The notes beneath the pieces were generated by a model, which was not told where the DNA came from, did no database searches, and saw only the letters and a program-made list of their open reading frames with translations. Shown here piece by piece: positions 41,353 through 56,789 of a DNA stretch of 64,000 bases. The position numbers were made by a program, and so were the translations under genes. Within the stretch, counting starts at the first letter, position 1; every line of letters starts with the position of its first letter. The DNA comes from Eledone cirrhosa (lineage: Eukaryota): the NCBI GenBank assembly GCA_964016885.1, contig OZ024742.1, forward strand, positions 353,772,001 to 353,836,000. Reading direction: 5' to 3'.

Positions 41353-41356
<4 letters not shown>

Positions 41357-42262
41357 CACATACACCAATTAAACAAAGTCACAGGTATATATGTGTTTTT
41401 TGCAACTGTTCACGATGTGGCTCAATGGAGAATTAATAGAGCGAAATACTATAGAGTAAAGCATGTCCAGATAATTATTTGATAATATATATACATCATC
41501 TCTACTCCCAATCAGCATAATTAACCACACAAAACATCAATTAAACCAGGCTATAAGAATAAAAGGCCTCTGTGAAGAAACAGTAGATACATACGCTATC
41601 ATGGCGTCTTCGCGTGCAACCGCGATAGAATATTTACCCAACATTTCAACTGCACGTGGAAATTAATTAAATATACGGTCAACCATACATAATTAGGTAA
41701 AAATTAATGTTAGAAATGCTTATATACATACCAGGATTGAATCACTAAATCCCGACACTTTTGTTTCGCTCTCTTTTGAGATACCTTATTTAAGGTTCAT
41801 TCTCGAGTTTAGAGCTCTTCAGGGGATAAACTCGCTAGGACATATTATTTTCTGAAGTGGACCCCGCCAAACACGAATTCAAAATGGTTGAGAACTGCGA
41901 CGTGGCAGTGGTCAAGTCAAGAAGGGTGGGATTGGTTGCTTACGGCGAGTGGGTTGGGTGCAAGAAAGCGCAGCCCAAAATCGCCCAAATTTTATCTCAA
42001 TCTTATGGGAGATTATTAAATATAAATATTTACACATACACCAATTAAACAAAGTCACAGTTATATATGTGCTTTGGGGTAAATATTCTTAGCGGTTGCA
42101 CGATAAGACGCCACGATAGCGTATTTATTTACTGTGTCTTCATAGATGCCTTTTTATTCTTGTAGCCTGGTCTAATTGATTTTTTGAGTGATTAATTATG
42201 CTGATTGGGAGTAAAGATGATGTATATATATTATCAAATAATTCTCTGGACATGCCTTACTC
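41353..42262 (-). mobile_element. Terminally redundant 676-bp HHR-bearing unit plus inverted arm
   Basis: TTTACACATACACCAATTAAACAAAGTCACAG occurs at 41353 and 42029; 42075-42262 is the reverse complement of about 41453-41642. Confidence 0.82.
41749..41827 (-). ncRNA. Canonical type I hammerhead ribozyme
   Basis: ATCCC-CTGAAGA-GCTCT...AGAGC-GAA-ACA[AAAG]TGT-C-GGGAT. GUC triplet; predicted cleavage between 41754 and 41753. Confidence 0.9.
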
Positions 42263-42280
42263 TCTTTCTCTCTCTCTCTC

Positions 42281-42311
<31 letters not shown>

Positions 42312-42356
42312 GTGTATGTATATACATATATATATGTATGCATAGACATATATATA

Positions 42357-42706
<350 letters not shown>

Positions 42707-42921
42707 ACCTTACCGGATCCTGACCTCTTAATGCCCCTTACGAGCTGAGGATCCGCTAAGGTGAAACAATTGTTCATGATATGGTGAACTAACTGTTGTG
42801 TAACCACTTCTACCTAACCCGTCCCATGTTATTCCATATTGCATTTTGTACCAATATCGATCCGTGCGGGTTTGATGATACGATTGGGTCCCGACTCTCC
42901 ATCGACACTTCTGCAGAATGA

Positions 42922-42994
<73 letters not shown>

Positions 42995-43234
42995 GACGTA
43001 TGTGTGTTTCACGTGTATGTAAACCATTACGCCTCACAATGTCAACACTCTAAGATACGTATTTGCCGCTAAGTTCCTCTTTCATTATCTATCATTGTTT
43101 TATCATCTATGTAAATCTGGACATACCTTTGAGACAATTGAATAGCATTCACATAAGTTAAAAAATTGTCTTCGTCATATTTTATCTTTCTCTAAGAGTG
43201 TTGGATGTACGACCATAACATCATGTGTACTATT

Positions 43235-43470
43235 CCAGGATTGAGCTGTGTGTTGTGTTCTTGAGAAAGACATTTAATTTCACGTTGGACTTGTGTACTC
43301 AACTGAAAATGAACACCAGAATCCGCCGGTGGCTTAAACTGTCCAATGGACTGGTGTTCTGTCAAAGGTGAAGTGTTGTAGTTTCAGTTGCTTCACACCG
43401 GGATAAGCACCAGCAGCCGGGAAAAGCACCAACCCGATGAGCCTCCTGGTTCAAGAGATACTTTAGGTTT
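43235..43470 (+). mobile_element. Decayed SINE, second family
   Basis: TGTTCTTGAG.AAG.CA.TT.ATTTCACGTTG core shared with 63635-63670 (-). Confidence 0.5.
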
Positions 43471-44527
43471 TAGAACATATTATCTCTGCTTATATTATCC
43501 GCTTGGTAAGGCGTATAGAACTACCGTGATTTCGAGAATTATGGATTTTAATTTGTTGTTTAATAAATATTATGTAATCTTGTCCTGGAGTCATATATCA
43601 TGAATTACTACTCAGATTGGTTAACGTCAGTAGAGACTATTTCTAATCAGTGAAACTTTTTATCGTAAATTTAAGTTTGCTTTTATGATCTGCTATTTGG
43701 CATATCATATCTCTGCGGGTTTATACTCTTTTAAATTACATTACTATTGTCATAATATCTGGTTGATTCGCTTTCTCATAGCATCTAACAAGTTATTGAA
43801 ATTATCAGAAACTTTATATCACAAAGACTGACGTATTCATTGTTGTTCTTTACACCATAAGTTCTAATATCAGAGAATGAAACTTAGAAATTCATATAAT
43901 AGGATGATTAAAAAAATGCCGATCTTGGAGTTACGCCGATTCTCTCCTCTCCCCTCCATTCCTCCACCCACTCTCACTCGTTTATGTCTCTATTTCAAAG
44001 TTTAATCATGTCACAGGCTGTTATTTCCACTCTATTTAATAATAAGATTACCGCCCCAATTGTTTGTGAAATACAGGCGGTCGGATAAGTTTTGATCTAC
44101 CCAAGTTTAACAAATATATCACTAGACAAAATCGGTTGCTATATTACAGATGCAGAAATATATCCTCATTTGTTCATAAGATTAATTAAATGGATGTTGT
44201 GAAGAGAGAAGCCTATCAAGTTTAAGGACTGCTGTTCTTCCACGAAAAAAATATAAACAACACTTATTCCATGCTTATAGTTTTAACAAGACGATAGAGT
44301 GATTTTCGACGATACAGTGACAAACGGCATTGGACGGGAGTCCAAATGAAACGTTAATAACTTCAGGAGACAGAGGAAGGTAGTTCATATGATATCTGCG
44401 ATGTTTCACACAAAATTCATGAGAGAAAATTCTTACAAAACTAAAGACACATTATCCGTTACACACACGCTTGCATCCAACGTTTACATGTATATTTATA
44501 CACACATACATATATATATATACACAA

Positions 44528-44606
<79 letters not shown>

Positions 44607-44632
44607 CGCACACGCACACAAACACACGTACG

Positions 44633-44665
<33 letters not shown>

Positions 44666-44699
44666 TTCTGTTTTGATACAACACTGATTCCTGGTTCTT

Positions 44700-44735
<36 letters not shown>

Positions 44736-44786
44736 ATCTCTCTATCTAAATACTTGTATATCTTTATATGCATATATATATTTGAA

Positions 44787-44906
<120 letters not shown>

Positions 44907-44977
44907 CGCGTGTATGTGTTGTAGATTTATGTGAATTCTCAATGATTATTCTTTTCATATTATTATACATCGTGTTG

Positions 44978-45140
44978 TATTGGCAGTATCGGTAGAGCGT
45001 CTGACCCATGATTTGCAGGGTCTGAATCCAAATCTGACCGAGGTTAACTTTGCCCTTCATTCTTACGGGGTCGATAAAATAAAGTACCAGTAATGCACTG
45101 ACATAATTGGTGTCCTTGTGCCAAACGTAGAAACAATGAT
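44978..45140 (+). mobile_element. tRNA-derived SINE
   Basis: A-box TTGGCAGTATCGGTAG; body matches 55261-55446. Confidence 0.8.
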
Positions 45141-45335
45141 TTTATACATCGCGAACGTAATAAAAAAAAATGCTTGTTATTCACCATTATATATACAACG
45201 AAGATGTGTTTCGGAATATATTGTAATTGATTTAGCTGCATAAGGCTCATATTCAGCATTTTTCTGATTTTACGTAAATTAGATGTAATAGTATGCCCTA
45301 CGTGAATTTAGCTACAAATACAACAATCAATGAAT

Positions 45336-45464
<129 letters not shown>

Positions 45465-45498
45465 TACATATAAATAGAGAGAGATATCAATCTATCAT

Positions 45499-45594
<96 letters not shown>

Positions 45595-45738
45595 GTATAT
45601 ATATATATATTGAATAGCAGTTTAATGGAAACAATGTCAGATATACATAAATCTATCTCCATTATTTGACAAATTGAATTGAATAATCATGTTGAATCGG
45701 TTAGTAACGTGTGCGCTATTTTGCTAGAGAAGATTCCG

Positions 45739-45739
<1 letters not shown>

Positions 45740-45783
<44 letters not shown>

Positions 45784-45900
45784 GGTGTCGTTGTTGTTGT
45801 TGTTGTCGTCGTTGTTGTTGTTGTTGTTGTTGTTGTTGTTCTTCTTCTTCTTCTTCTTCTTCTTCTTCTTCTTCTTCTTCTTCTTCTTCTTCTTCTTCTT

Positions 45901-45938
<38 letters not shown>
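45740..45938. repeat. Compound microsatellite (GTT)n(CTT)n(ATT)n
   Basis: Read directly from the sequence. Confidence 0.97.
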
Positions 45939-47055
45939 CGAAGCCAACACGAAAATAATAGCAGTAGCAAAAGAAAAGCAGGAAAACTGGTCCGGATCTG
46001 GGATGGAGCTCCTGATCCAAGCGGACCAAAAAAGCATTGAGGAGATCCCAGAGGTAATAGACCTCACTGACGGCAGCCACCTCACGGTAATTGTCGACGG
46101 CAGAAGACCTAGGTGTGTCGTTTGTGGTGAAGGAACCCACCTAAGGGCTTTCTGCCCTCAGGCTAAAAGGTTGAGGCCACCTCTCCTACCCACCCCAGTT
46201 ACACAACCATCAACACCACCAGTAGCAGAGATGGCAGCAACAACTGTAGCTGCAACAACAGAAGCAACTATAACAGCAACAACCCCAGCAACAGTAGCAA
46301 AACCAACACCACTACCACCACCAGCAAAACCAACACCACCACCACCCAACGCTTCAGAACTAGCATCAGCGCCTACACCATCCACCACACCACAACCAAA
46401 ACTAACGGCTGTGGAAGATTTTCCACTCCCCGGCCTATCACAACTGGAGACAGATTGTGACGATGAGGAGTGGGAAACGATATCCGGAAAAAAAAAAAGA
46501 AACCAAAAAAGAAAAAATTCTCTTCCTTCCACCTCCAAAAACAAAATACAGAGGGAAACAAATAAACTAAGAAACAAAAAAGTTAGGACAGATATGCCAC
46601 CATCCACACCAGCATCACCAACCCCATCAACCCAAACACCAACACCATCACCATCATTAACTCCAACACCACCATCACCTACACCACAAAAGTCACCAAA
46701 ATGCGAAACAGAAACAAACCCACAACAAACGCAAACAAGACAAAACAACCAAAACGATACACACTACACAGCATTAAATTTGAACAACAAGCAATTATTA
46801 CACTACATCCAACACAACACCAGCATCACAGAAAAAGACTACACAACAACCCCAAAATTCACACCACCTCCACACATACAAATCACTCGCATCACACAGA
46901 AAACGTACATGACACTAAAACAAAAATTCCCCAAAGACATCGGAGACTTCCGACAAGCACTCTCCAGGAGGATTTATAAGGACATCCTTCCTGAGGAGGC
47001 CACAAGCAGTGAAAAGGATGGAAAAACCGTCCTTCCCCTACGAGAAGTAAGGTAA
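45939..47055 (+). pseudogene. LINE ORF1 (gag-like, zinc knuckle), N-terminus missing
   Basis: Open frame with CX2CX4HX4C, basic KKKRNQKRK and PT-rich segments; no native start codon. Confidence 0.75.
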
Positions 47056-47089
47056 GTGGTCTTTCCCATCTTTTCCACTCCTTTTCAAC

Positions 47090-50000
47090 ATGACCTCACT
47101 CAGAATAGGCAGCATAAATGCGCGTGGCTTGGGGTCGTCATGGAAGCAGGGCCACCTGCTCAACGACCTCAGGTCACTAAACATAGATGTAGTGGCCATC
47201 AGCGAGACCAGAATCTCCGAAGCACAGGCTTTCGCACCGATCTTCGGCGGCTACGATGTGTACACATCTCCCAGCCGTCCGGGATCGGGGGAGGAGTTGC
47301 TGTGCTTTTTCGGTGAGGTTTGGATCTTGCCATACGGGCCATCTTCCTGGACCCAGAAGGTAAGTTGGTGGTGCTGGACGTAACCAGCGGAGACGGGCAA
47401 TCTTTCAGGTTAGTGGCCGTCTATGCCCCGACAGGAGCAGGGCGGCCTGATTTCTTCCGGCGTTTGGAGACCTTTCTTGGAACGTCCCGCTCTTTAGTGT
47501 TAGTGGGCGGCTGGAACGGGATCTTAGATGCACGCTGGGATTGTGTGGGATTAGTGGATAGGGAAGGAGGGTGCAATAGTCTCACCAACCTGCTCAGACG
47601 TTTTGAACTGTCTGACAGGTACCGAATGGATTTCCCGAATGTACCAATGTGGACTTGGACAAATCGCATAGGGTCATCCAGATCATAACTAGATAGAGTA
47701 TTTTGTAGGGAAATAGATAGGTCTAGCATAGGCTGTCCACAATTCAAGATAGTCAGCTACACGGACCACAAATTCGTGATCTGTGTGCTTGACTTAGATA
47801 GGCTTCATAGACAAGGACCCGGCTACTGGAAGCTAAACGCGTCCTTACCAGCGCGCAAGGCCTACAGAGACCGGATTAGCGAACTAGTTAAGCGGGCATT
47901 GACGGGGGCCATCGTCAACAACAATTGGTGGTTTGCTCTGAAAAGAGCAATTAGAATAGAGTCCATTAGGTTTAGTAAGACTTTAGCAATAGAGAAAAAT
48001 AGAGCAGAGGGAGAATTAGTTAGAAAATTAGATGAGGCGCTTAGCAAAGGCATCGCGACCGAGGTACTTGCGGCGAAATTGGCCCTTGACCAATTATTCA
48101 ATGCAAAGCACGAAGGCTGCGTTGTCAGAGCTAGGGTGCGTGCTCTCAGACACGAGGGGACGAAAGCCGTTCAATGGGCCCGAGTGGCGGAGGCGCGTCG
48201 TGGCAAGAAAGCCACGATCCGGTCTTTGGTGGACCACGATGGGCGCATGCTACTCGATCCCGAGCAAATGTGTGAAGATTTTCAGCGACACTTCGCTCAA
48301 CTGTTCGGGGGAAGTGGCGGGCCGGATCGAGGGATGGACTTTAGTGTCTACCTCGACGGACTGCCGCGGCTTTCGGCCACTGAGGCGGAGTGTTGCGAAA
48401 AGCCGATAACAACCGCTGAATTACGGGATGCAATGACTAGTTGCACAAGGGGTAAATCGCCTGGTTTGGATGGTCTGCCCTATGAACTTTACGTACAAAT
48501 GCCAAACTTGTTCGGAGGCCTCTTGGCGGACGTCTACTGCAACTGGCAACAGAACGGGAGAATTCCCAGCTCTGTGAGCCGAGGAGCGGTGGCGCTGCTG
48601 AGAAAGGATCCGAACATAGATAATTTTAGGCCCATAACTCTGCTAAACACAGAGTTCAAGATTTTGGCCAAGGTGCTAGCAAAGAGGTTGGCGCTTGTCG
48701 TTGGTGGTCTGGTGGGAGAGGCACAGACATGCGCCATTCCCGACAGATCCATCCACGACAACCTCCACCTCATGCGATACATCGTAGAGAGGGTAGCTAG
48801 GGAACCTGGCACGGGTGGGTCTTTGATCAATTTAGATCAGTCGAAAGCCTTCGATAGGGTCGACCATCGTTACCTAACGGCAGTCCTGAGGGCGGCTGGC
48901 TTTGGGCCCGTCTTCAGAGGCTGGATCGCTGCCATGCACAGCGACATCTGGTCTGTAGTGAGAGTGAACGGTCACCTTTCGGAACCGTTCAACATCATGC
49001 GCTCGGTCCGCCAAGGATGTCCCCTCTCGTCCCTATTGTACGTATTGACTCTCGAGCCATTACTGCACAAACCGGAGACGTTGAGGGGGGTCCCGCGCGA
49101 GCTAGGATGCGGAAGATCCGTGTCAGCATATGCCGACGATGTCACCGTAGTGGTGTCGAACGCCAAACACATCGAGGCGATCGGAGCGTTTGCTCTTTCG
49201 CTTCTTGTGGAAGGGACGCGCTCCGATGGTCAGGCGGTCCATCTGCTGTCAACACCCGCCACGTGGAGGGCTGGGCATGCCGTGGCTGATGATGCGGAGA
49301 CACCCCGCTCAGGCTACGACATCTCCACCTCTTCCTCGACAGTGATCAGGTGTGGTCGCCGTTTGCAAGACACGTTTTTCCCCAGCTCGTCTCCTTGACG
49401 GAGCTGCAGTCCTGGGTCAAGCGAAGACCGAGAGGGAGCGCTTGGAGACTGGAATGTCTTCAGGCGCTCACAGCCCTCGACCAATCGGAAACTCCACCTT
49501 GGCGTTCTATAGGGGATTAGTGGAGGGGAAGAGCGACGACGTACCTGGAGAAACTCTAGGCGTCGACGAAAATCAACTAGCCAATCTCTTCGGAAGGACT
49601 TTCGGGCCGGGGCCTATGGACAACTTCCAGAAATCCCTGGCCTGGCAGTGCTACCGAGGAGCTTTGCCAGTTCGGGATAAACTCTACAGGCATGGAGGTG
49701 CCGTCAGCCGGGCATGTCCGAGATGCGCGCAGGGCGACGAAACCGTCCTGCACGCACTCGTCCAGTGTCCGAGCATTGCTGACTTGTGGGTTTATGTCGA
49801 ACACCTGCTGTCACGTGTAGGACGGATCCAGCTATCAGCTGAGTCCATCGTGAGGATTGCCCCGCTCCCTTCCTTTAGCCTGGAAGGGCAGGCAGTTTTT
49901 ATCTGTCTGGTGGCCATGGCGGAAGAGATAGTATGGTGGACACGTTTGAAAGGGCTGAAGACGAGCACTTACCTCTTCGGTGATGCTCTGATTAACTTTT

Positions 50001-50131
50001 TCAAATTTCATTTAAAAAGGAAAATCAGGGTAGAGAGAGAAGTGCTCTCTTCCCAGCATTTTGTTGAAAGATGGGTGAGAGAAGCAAGTATGGCCCGAAT
50101 GAATGGGCCTTCTCTGAGTATGTGTCTGTAA
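47090..50131 (+). pseudogene. LINE ORF2 (APE-RT-zinc finger), disrupted
   Basis: Frameshift near 47290, stops at 47314-47316 and 47686-47688, apparent deletion after YADD at about 49183, and further frameshifts before 49500. Confidence 0.9.
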
Positions 50132-50374
50132 ATTAAAGGTGGAAAACTGGGAGAGGGCGCTTGCCCTGTTGGTCAGGGCCACTGTGGGCTTTTAATGGGC
50201 TTTCTCCACAAATGTCCCTTGGAAGTCTCCCCCCTATTGGGGAATTTTTCTTTGTTATTTTATTTCAACCTCTGTTTTTTTTACATGCAGAAATGCCCAT
50301 TTGTACCGTCCTGTATTGTCATGTACTGTCCTTAATGTCTACTTTATGTGAACCCTTGTGGTTAATAAAGAAAA

Positions 50375-50439
<65 letters not shown>

Positions 50440-53400
50440 TCATACTTCCCTCCATTATTCAGTATACAACCTACACACGGCTCTACAAACGGCTCAAAGC
50501 AATATGTATTCAATCCATTTTTACGTTATATTCATTTTCCAATTCACCTGTTTTTCCTTTTCACCCTCTCCGTATTTTACAAGTTTTTTTAAACATATCT
50601 TTATTATCTCTCAGTACATATTTCTCTGTTCTCTCTCCTCATTTTATTCACTTATATGCCTTGTTGATGTTGATTTATTATAATAAAGTTTTCACTATGA
50701 CATTTGAAAAATACCCCATCATAAATATCGATACTTCATAGACTGGATATTTTCTCATTAAACTGATCCATTTATTTTTCTTTTTTTGGTAGGGTGGAAG
50801 AGAAATCAAGTAATTTTAGATCCCAACATTCTTTCTGGATATTTAAATGGAAAAGGGTTCCATATTGCTCTAAATATGCTGAAAATATTCTAATAGATCT
50901 TTGAAGCAGTTCAACATGTTCGAATATATTTTACTATGCACATTTTCAGGTTGCCATTGCTTACTGATTCTAGATTAACACAAATGGGTTTCAAGCATGA
51001 TCGTAACAGAGAAACTCCTAAAGCAATAATGTTGATCATGATCACATTAAATTATATAACCTACACCTTCACTTGTAGTTGAGCCTTCTTTATTGCTTAA
51101 AAGAGATTGCTGGTTCTTTGAAAATTATGAAATGTTTTGGTTTTTTTTATCCGGGAATATATAATTGGTTTCGCTTGCTCAATTCAAGATGCCATGTTAG
51201 AATTTGAGAAAATTTCGTTTTAACTTTTAGTGTTTCTTAAAATGATGAATTAAATCTTGTGTAATGAATTTCTATAATAGTTTTAGCTTGTGCATTAAGT
51301 CAATGAATTATTGATTTCTTGTGCATGCATAATGCTATGAGTTGTAGCGTATCGTTGATTTAACACATTCCAGTGTATTATTGATTCTCATTTAATTGAG
51401 AGTCCGCTCATACACGTTTTGAAAATAGAATTGTATAGGATGAAACAAAGTATAGTGGCGCATTCGTTTCACTTCTCTCATTGAGTTTTTATTTAATTTA
51501 GAGTATTAAATTAGAATGTTAATTAAAACCTAATATAAAATAGGAATGTAGATCCCAACATACTACATATTTCTAAATATTTGATGTACGGGATTTAATC
51601 AGCATACACAGATAGGTGATGAAAACTAGAGAAAGTGTAGACGCCTGTGAACCTCAGTATATATCTAAGATAACATTGATAATCCGATGAAATAATTGGA
51701 GCCGCCAATAACTAATTCATAACAAATTCTTTGTGGAATGTGACGGGAAGAATGGCAGTGAATTGCATAATTATTCTTTCCAGAAGTATAACTACCCGGA
51801 GAATAATTAACGTGGGTGAATATGACATCGTCATTTGGTTTGGCTGCCTGTAGTTGAAGAATAAAATAAAAAAATAGAACTTGCTTTTGTGTCAAATTAT
51901 CTGTAAATTTAATTGACAGTCAATGAATATATGGTTATGATTTAGTTCCTGAGGCTACATTGCGCTGCAGGGGGTAGTATACCATAGCCGGTTCTTTTTA
52001 AAATTCCCAGTTTCTCTTTAGCTTTACTTCTCAAAGATTTCTATATATTCGCAGATATAGGATACTGATAATCAGTAGGTGATTCTCAGATGCCCTCCTC
52101 CAGTCATATAGGATGTTACTATTCATGTTTAGTGCCATACAATATCAGAAACATATATCATTTCCCTGTAAAACTCTATATTATTCCAATAATTATCTCA
52201 GGAAATATATTTAGAATTTACTAAAATTCAAATAAAATCCGAACATCAATGTTAACGATATCTTACATTCATTTAATCTAATTGAAATCTACACATACTT
52301 AGATTATTTTCAGTAAATATTCATTGTTACATTCATTATTCTGAACAAATGAATCAGTTTGTTGTACGGAACTATTTTACATTTAACTTTCTCATTTAAT
52401 TTATATTTGGTCAAGTAGTAATCCTAACAAAAATGATATGTAAAAAAAAGAAAGATTTTAAATGCAAGTATCAACTATATATCCCGTTCTATTTCCAGCG
52501 CCAGTAGGCGAACGGAAAACATTATAGAATGTATTTCTGGTATTTTCATATTAAGTTTGAAACCGGTCAACACATGATTTGATTTTCATTCACACTGAAT
52601 CTATTTCAAAACACTAGTTAAATAATGGGTGCAAATCACCTCTACCACGACCTCTAAGATTCCTGCTCAGCATTGTGAGAAACCCCACTGGAAAACTACC
52701 ATGACGATTTCCTTCAAGACAAACGCTTCAAAATTAATGCAGTGATTATTTGTAATCATCGGAGATCTGGAAGGTTATTGATGTTGATTACAATAATGCA
52801 AGCCATATAGAAAAGCACACCCGTTGGTAAGATTAGCAAAAGACAATGTTGAAAGGACATTTAACTAATAAAGAATTGATGCACACTTTTCCAAATCCTT
52901 TCATTTAAAGAAGATAAACTCAAAACGAAATGAATGATTTAACAATCATTATTTTGATATCTCGCTACTCGGAGTAAGTCAGCAATACGCATTAGAAAAC
53001 TTGAACTGCTGATTGCTTAGTAAAATCGAAAATAAATCGAAAAATGTGATAGATTTAAACATATTCTTCTGTAATAACTTGCTTTCGAAAAAGCAATTAT
53101 CTCCAATTAATTATTGGCAGTATTAGTAGAGTACCGGGCACAATGCTTAGTGGCATAAAGTTTCAAACTGTTAGGTTATGAATTCAAATACCACAAAGAT
53201 TAGCTTTGCATTTAATGCATATATGGTGGAAGAAACAAACACCAAGTAACGCCCTGGGTTCGATTTACTCCACATTCCCCTAACATTGCTGGCTTTCTGA
53301 CTTAATTCTATCGATATCAAGACAGAAATACATGGAGGATTTGGCGAATTTACAGAGTCGTTAAAACGGTGAATAAAATACATCGTGTCATCCATTGCGG

Positions 53401-54037
53401 TTCTCTGCATTTTGATGTCAAATCGAACTGAATAAACATACCAGTAGTATACTTGTGTGGATTTATCTGCAAGCCTTCTCTCTACCATGTTCTGTCTTTC
53501 TCTCTCTCTCCCTCTCCGTCTCTCTCTCTATATATATCTGTATCTCTCTCTCTCTCTCCCTGTTTCTTGAAGACATTATTTACGTTGAAACATTGAGCGT
53601 GATAGATTATGTACGGTTTAAAATGGCGAAGATACGTCATATATCAATAGGACGTCCTTGCGAATAGACTGCATAATAAGCATTTATAAGTAAAATCAGT
53701 GGTCCGGTTAGAGTTAAGATACATTTACCCTAAACCCTAATAATATGTTAACTGCGACGAAATTTAGGAATTTAGACTCCAAAAAGTACAAGTAAAAAAA
53801 TATTTAGGAAACGCGAGAGACACTTCAGAGTTACAGGTCAAATAGCAAATGTTGACTAATAAAATATTCCATTTATGAAAATGTTTTGTGGACAGGAAAT
53901 AACAAAACAATATAAAATATTTCATATACATGGGAGGATGGTAGAGGCTTGATTGGCAGGAGTCATATAGTGCGGGATGGCGTTTGAATTATGGAATTTA
54001 AAGACTGACTGGAGAAATGATGGTCTTATTTATTTTA

Positions 54038-54068
<31 letters not shown>

Positions 54069-54069
54069 G

Positions 54070-55030
<961 letters not shown>

Positions 55031-55084
55031 CATTTTCGCTTTACATGGCAGATACAATAAATGTAATCTGAGTCTTTCGAATAT

Positions 55085-55446
55085 TAATAATTGTTTCTAC
55101 TTTAGGCACAAGGCCAGCAATTACCCAGTGCATTACTGGTACTTTATTTTATCGACCACGTAAGGATGAAAGGCAAAGTCAACCTCAGCGGGATTTGAAC
55201 TCAGATCGTATAGGGACGTAACCATGCTGGAAAGCATGTCGTCCGACCCTCTACCGGTTGATTGGCAGTATCGGTAGAGAGTCGGAGGCCATGCTTTCAA
55301 GCATAGTTACGTCCCTTTACGATCTGAGTTCAAATCCCGCCGAGGTTGACTTTGCCTTTTATTCTTACGGGGTCGATAAAATAAAGTACCAGTAATGCAC
55401 TGGATAATTGCTGGCCTTGTGCCTAATGTAGAAACAATTATTAATA
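55085..55446. mobile_element. Head-to-head inverted pair of tRNA-derived SINEs
   Basis: 55085-55256 (-) and 55261-55446 (+) are reverse complements with almost no spacer. Confidence 0.88.
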
Positions 55447-56104
55447 ATAACATTCGATTTGTTTGCAATGTTGCATACTGTTCAAGGGTGATACCCAGCA
55501 ACATTAGTGCCTGCAGTTCTCTTCGCATGTCAACATAAGAGCAACACTGAAGTGTTCATACTGCTGACATGGCTATAAAACAGGCTTTTTTACAAAATTA
55601 CAAACGAATCGAATGTTATTATTAATATTCGAAAAATTTAGATTACATTTATTGTATTCAGCCATGTAGAGGACATTTTCTTTTTAATTTGAATTTGACA
55701 AAGTCGGCCATTTATCGCTCGTATACAAGAAGCAGACTAGCCAGTCTGTTGATACGAAAATATGGCTGATTAGTGGATCTGTTAATATGCAGATCTGACT
55801 GATCAGCCAGTCTGCTAATATGCAAATCAAGCCAGTCAGTCACTGTGTATTTTTGAAAATAGCATATATTTTCACTAGCTCTGACAGTTTGGCAGGTGAA
55901 CAGTCAGCTGTACTGATGAAGGGTGATACCCAGAAAAATTAGTATCTGCAGTTCTGTTCAGCTTCCAATATAAGACCAAGAATGAAGTGTTCCTTCTCTT
56001 GACATGGCTATAAAATTGAGGCTTATTTTCAAAATTGCAAACGAATCGAATGTTATTATTAATTTGGATTGCTAACATAAATATTAGAATGCATCGAAAA
56101 TAAT

Positions 56105-56290
56105 TATTTCTACTTCAGGCACAAGGCCAGCAATTCACCAGTACATTACTGGTACTTTTTTTTATCGACTCCGTAAGGATGAAAGGCAAAGTTAACCTCG
56201 GCGGGATTTGAACTCAGACCGTAAAGGGACGTAACTATGCTAGAAAGCATGGCGTCCGACTCTCTACCGATACTGCCAATTCCCCGCCCT
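56105..56290 (-). mobile_element. Full-length tRNA-derived SINE with 16-bp target site duplication
   Basis: A-box TGGCAGTATCGG and B-box GAGTTCAAATCC. TSD ATGCATCGAAAATAAT at 56089-56104 and 56292-56307. Confidence 0.9.
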
Positions 56291-56789
56291 TATGCATCGA
56301 AAATAATGTCGTCTATTGTTTTAAGCAAATTTTAGTAATTTTTGTTAATTTTAAAATATATATTATAGTTATAGAGATATATATGTACAATTACATTGGC
56401 AATGGTCCCCAACGACGTAATCTTCAATTATAATGTTCAATTATATCTATGAATACGTAGAGGTATGTAAAGTTTCCAAGACATCTGAATTCTGTTCTAC
56501 AAGATCAGAATGTATTCTACTGGTGGATAAGGATGACGTCACAAAAAGCTAAATTATATTTTGCGGATATTTGTCTAGAGCTGATGTATATTGTGTAAAT
56601 GGACAGCATATCTATATGTTATTTATATAGGAATCAAGGCATATTTACCTTACGTAACTTATCCGATATAATATGAACACGTGCCTAATAAAATAGATTT
56701 TCAAAAACGTATTAATTTTTTTAAATAATTATAAAAATAACGAAAATACTGAAAGGGGCAATGAAGGGCATATAGGTTTAATGGGAATA

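Larger units (their letters stand above)
45939..50375 (+). mobile_element. Tx1/L1-like LINE, 5'-truncated, flanked by (ATT)n on both sides
   Basis: ORF1 remnant with CCHC knuckle CVVCGEGTHLRAFC and a Pro/Thr-rich tail. ORF2 has APE endonuclease (SINARGL, ISET, VYAP, DHK), RT (PGLDG, FRPITLLN, KAFDRV, QGCPLS, YADD) and C-terminal CPRC..ET..H..C. AATAAA at the 3' end. Confidence 0.93.

Noticed and set aside
45679-45938. Poly-V/poly-L/poly-I N-terminus of the 458-aa ORF, resembling a membrane anchor
   Set aside because: It is the compound (GTT)(CTT)(ATT) microsatellite in frame with truncated ORF1 by chance, and the start codon is TTG.
51798-51848. Possible small host exon on the minus strand (pyrimidine tract + CTACAG acceptor)
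   Set aside because: Weak donor (GTAGTT), no recognisable peptide and no partner exons; needs RNA-seq.
56105-56290. tRNA gene
   Set aside because: A and B boxes are present, but it is a multi-copy SINE head with body and TSD, not a cloverleaf gene.
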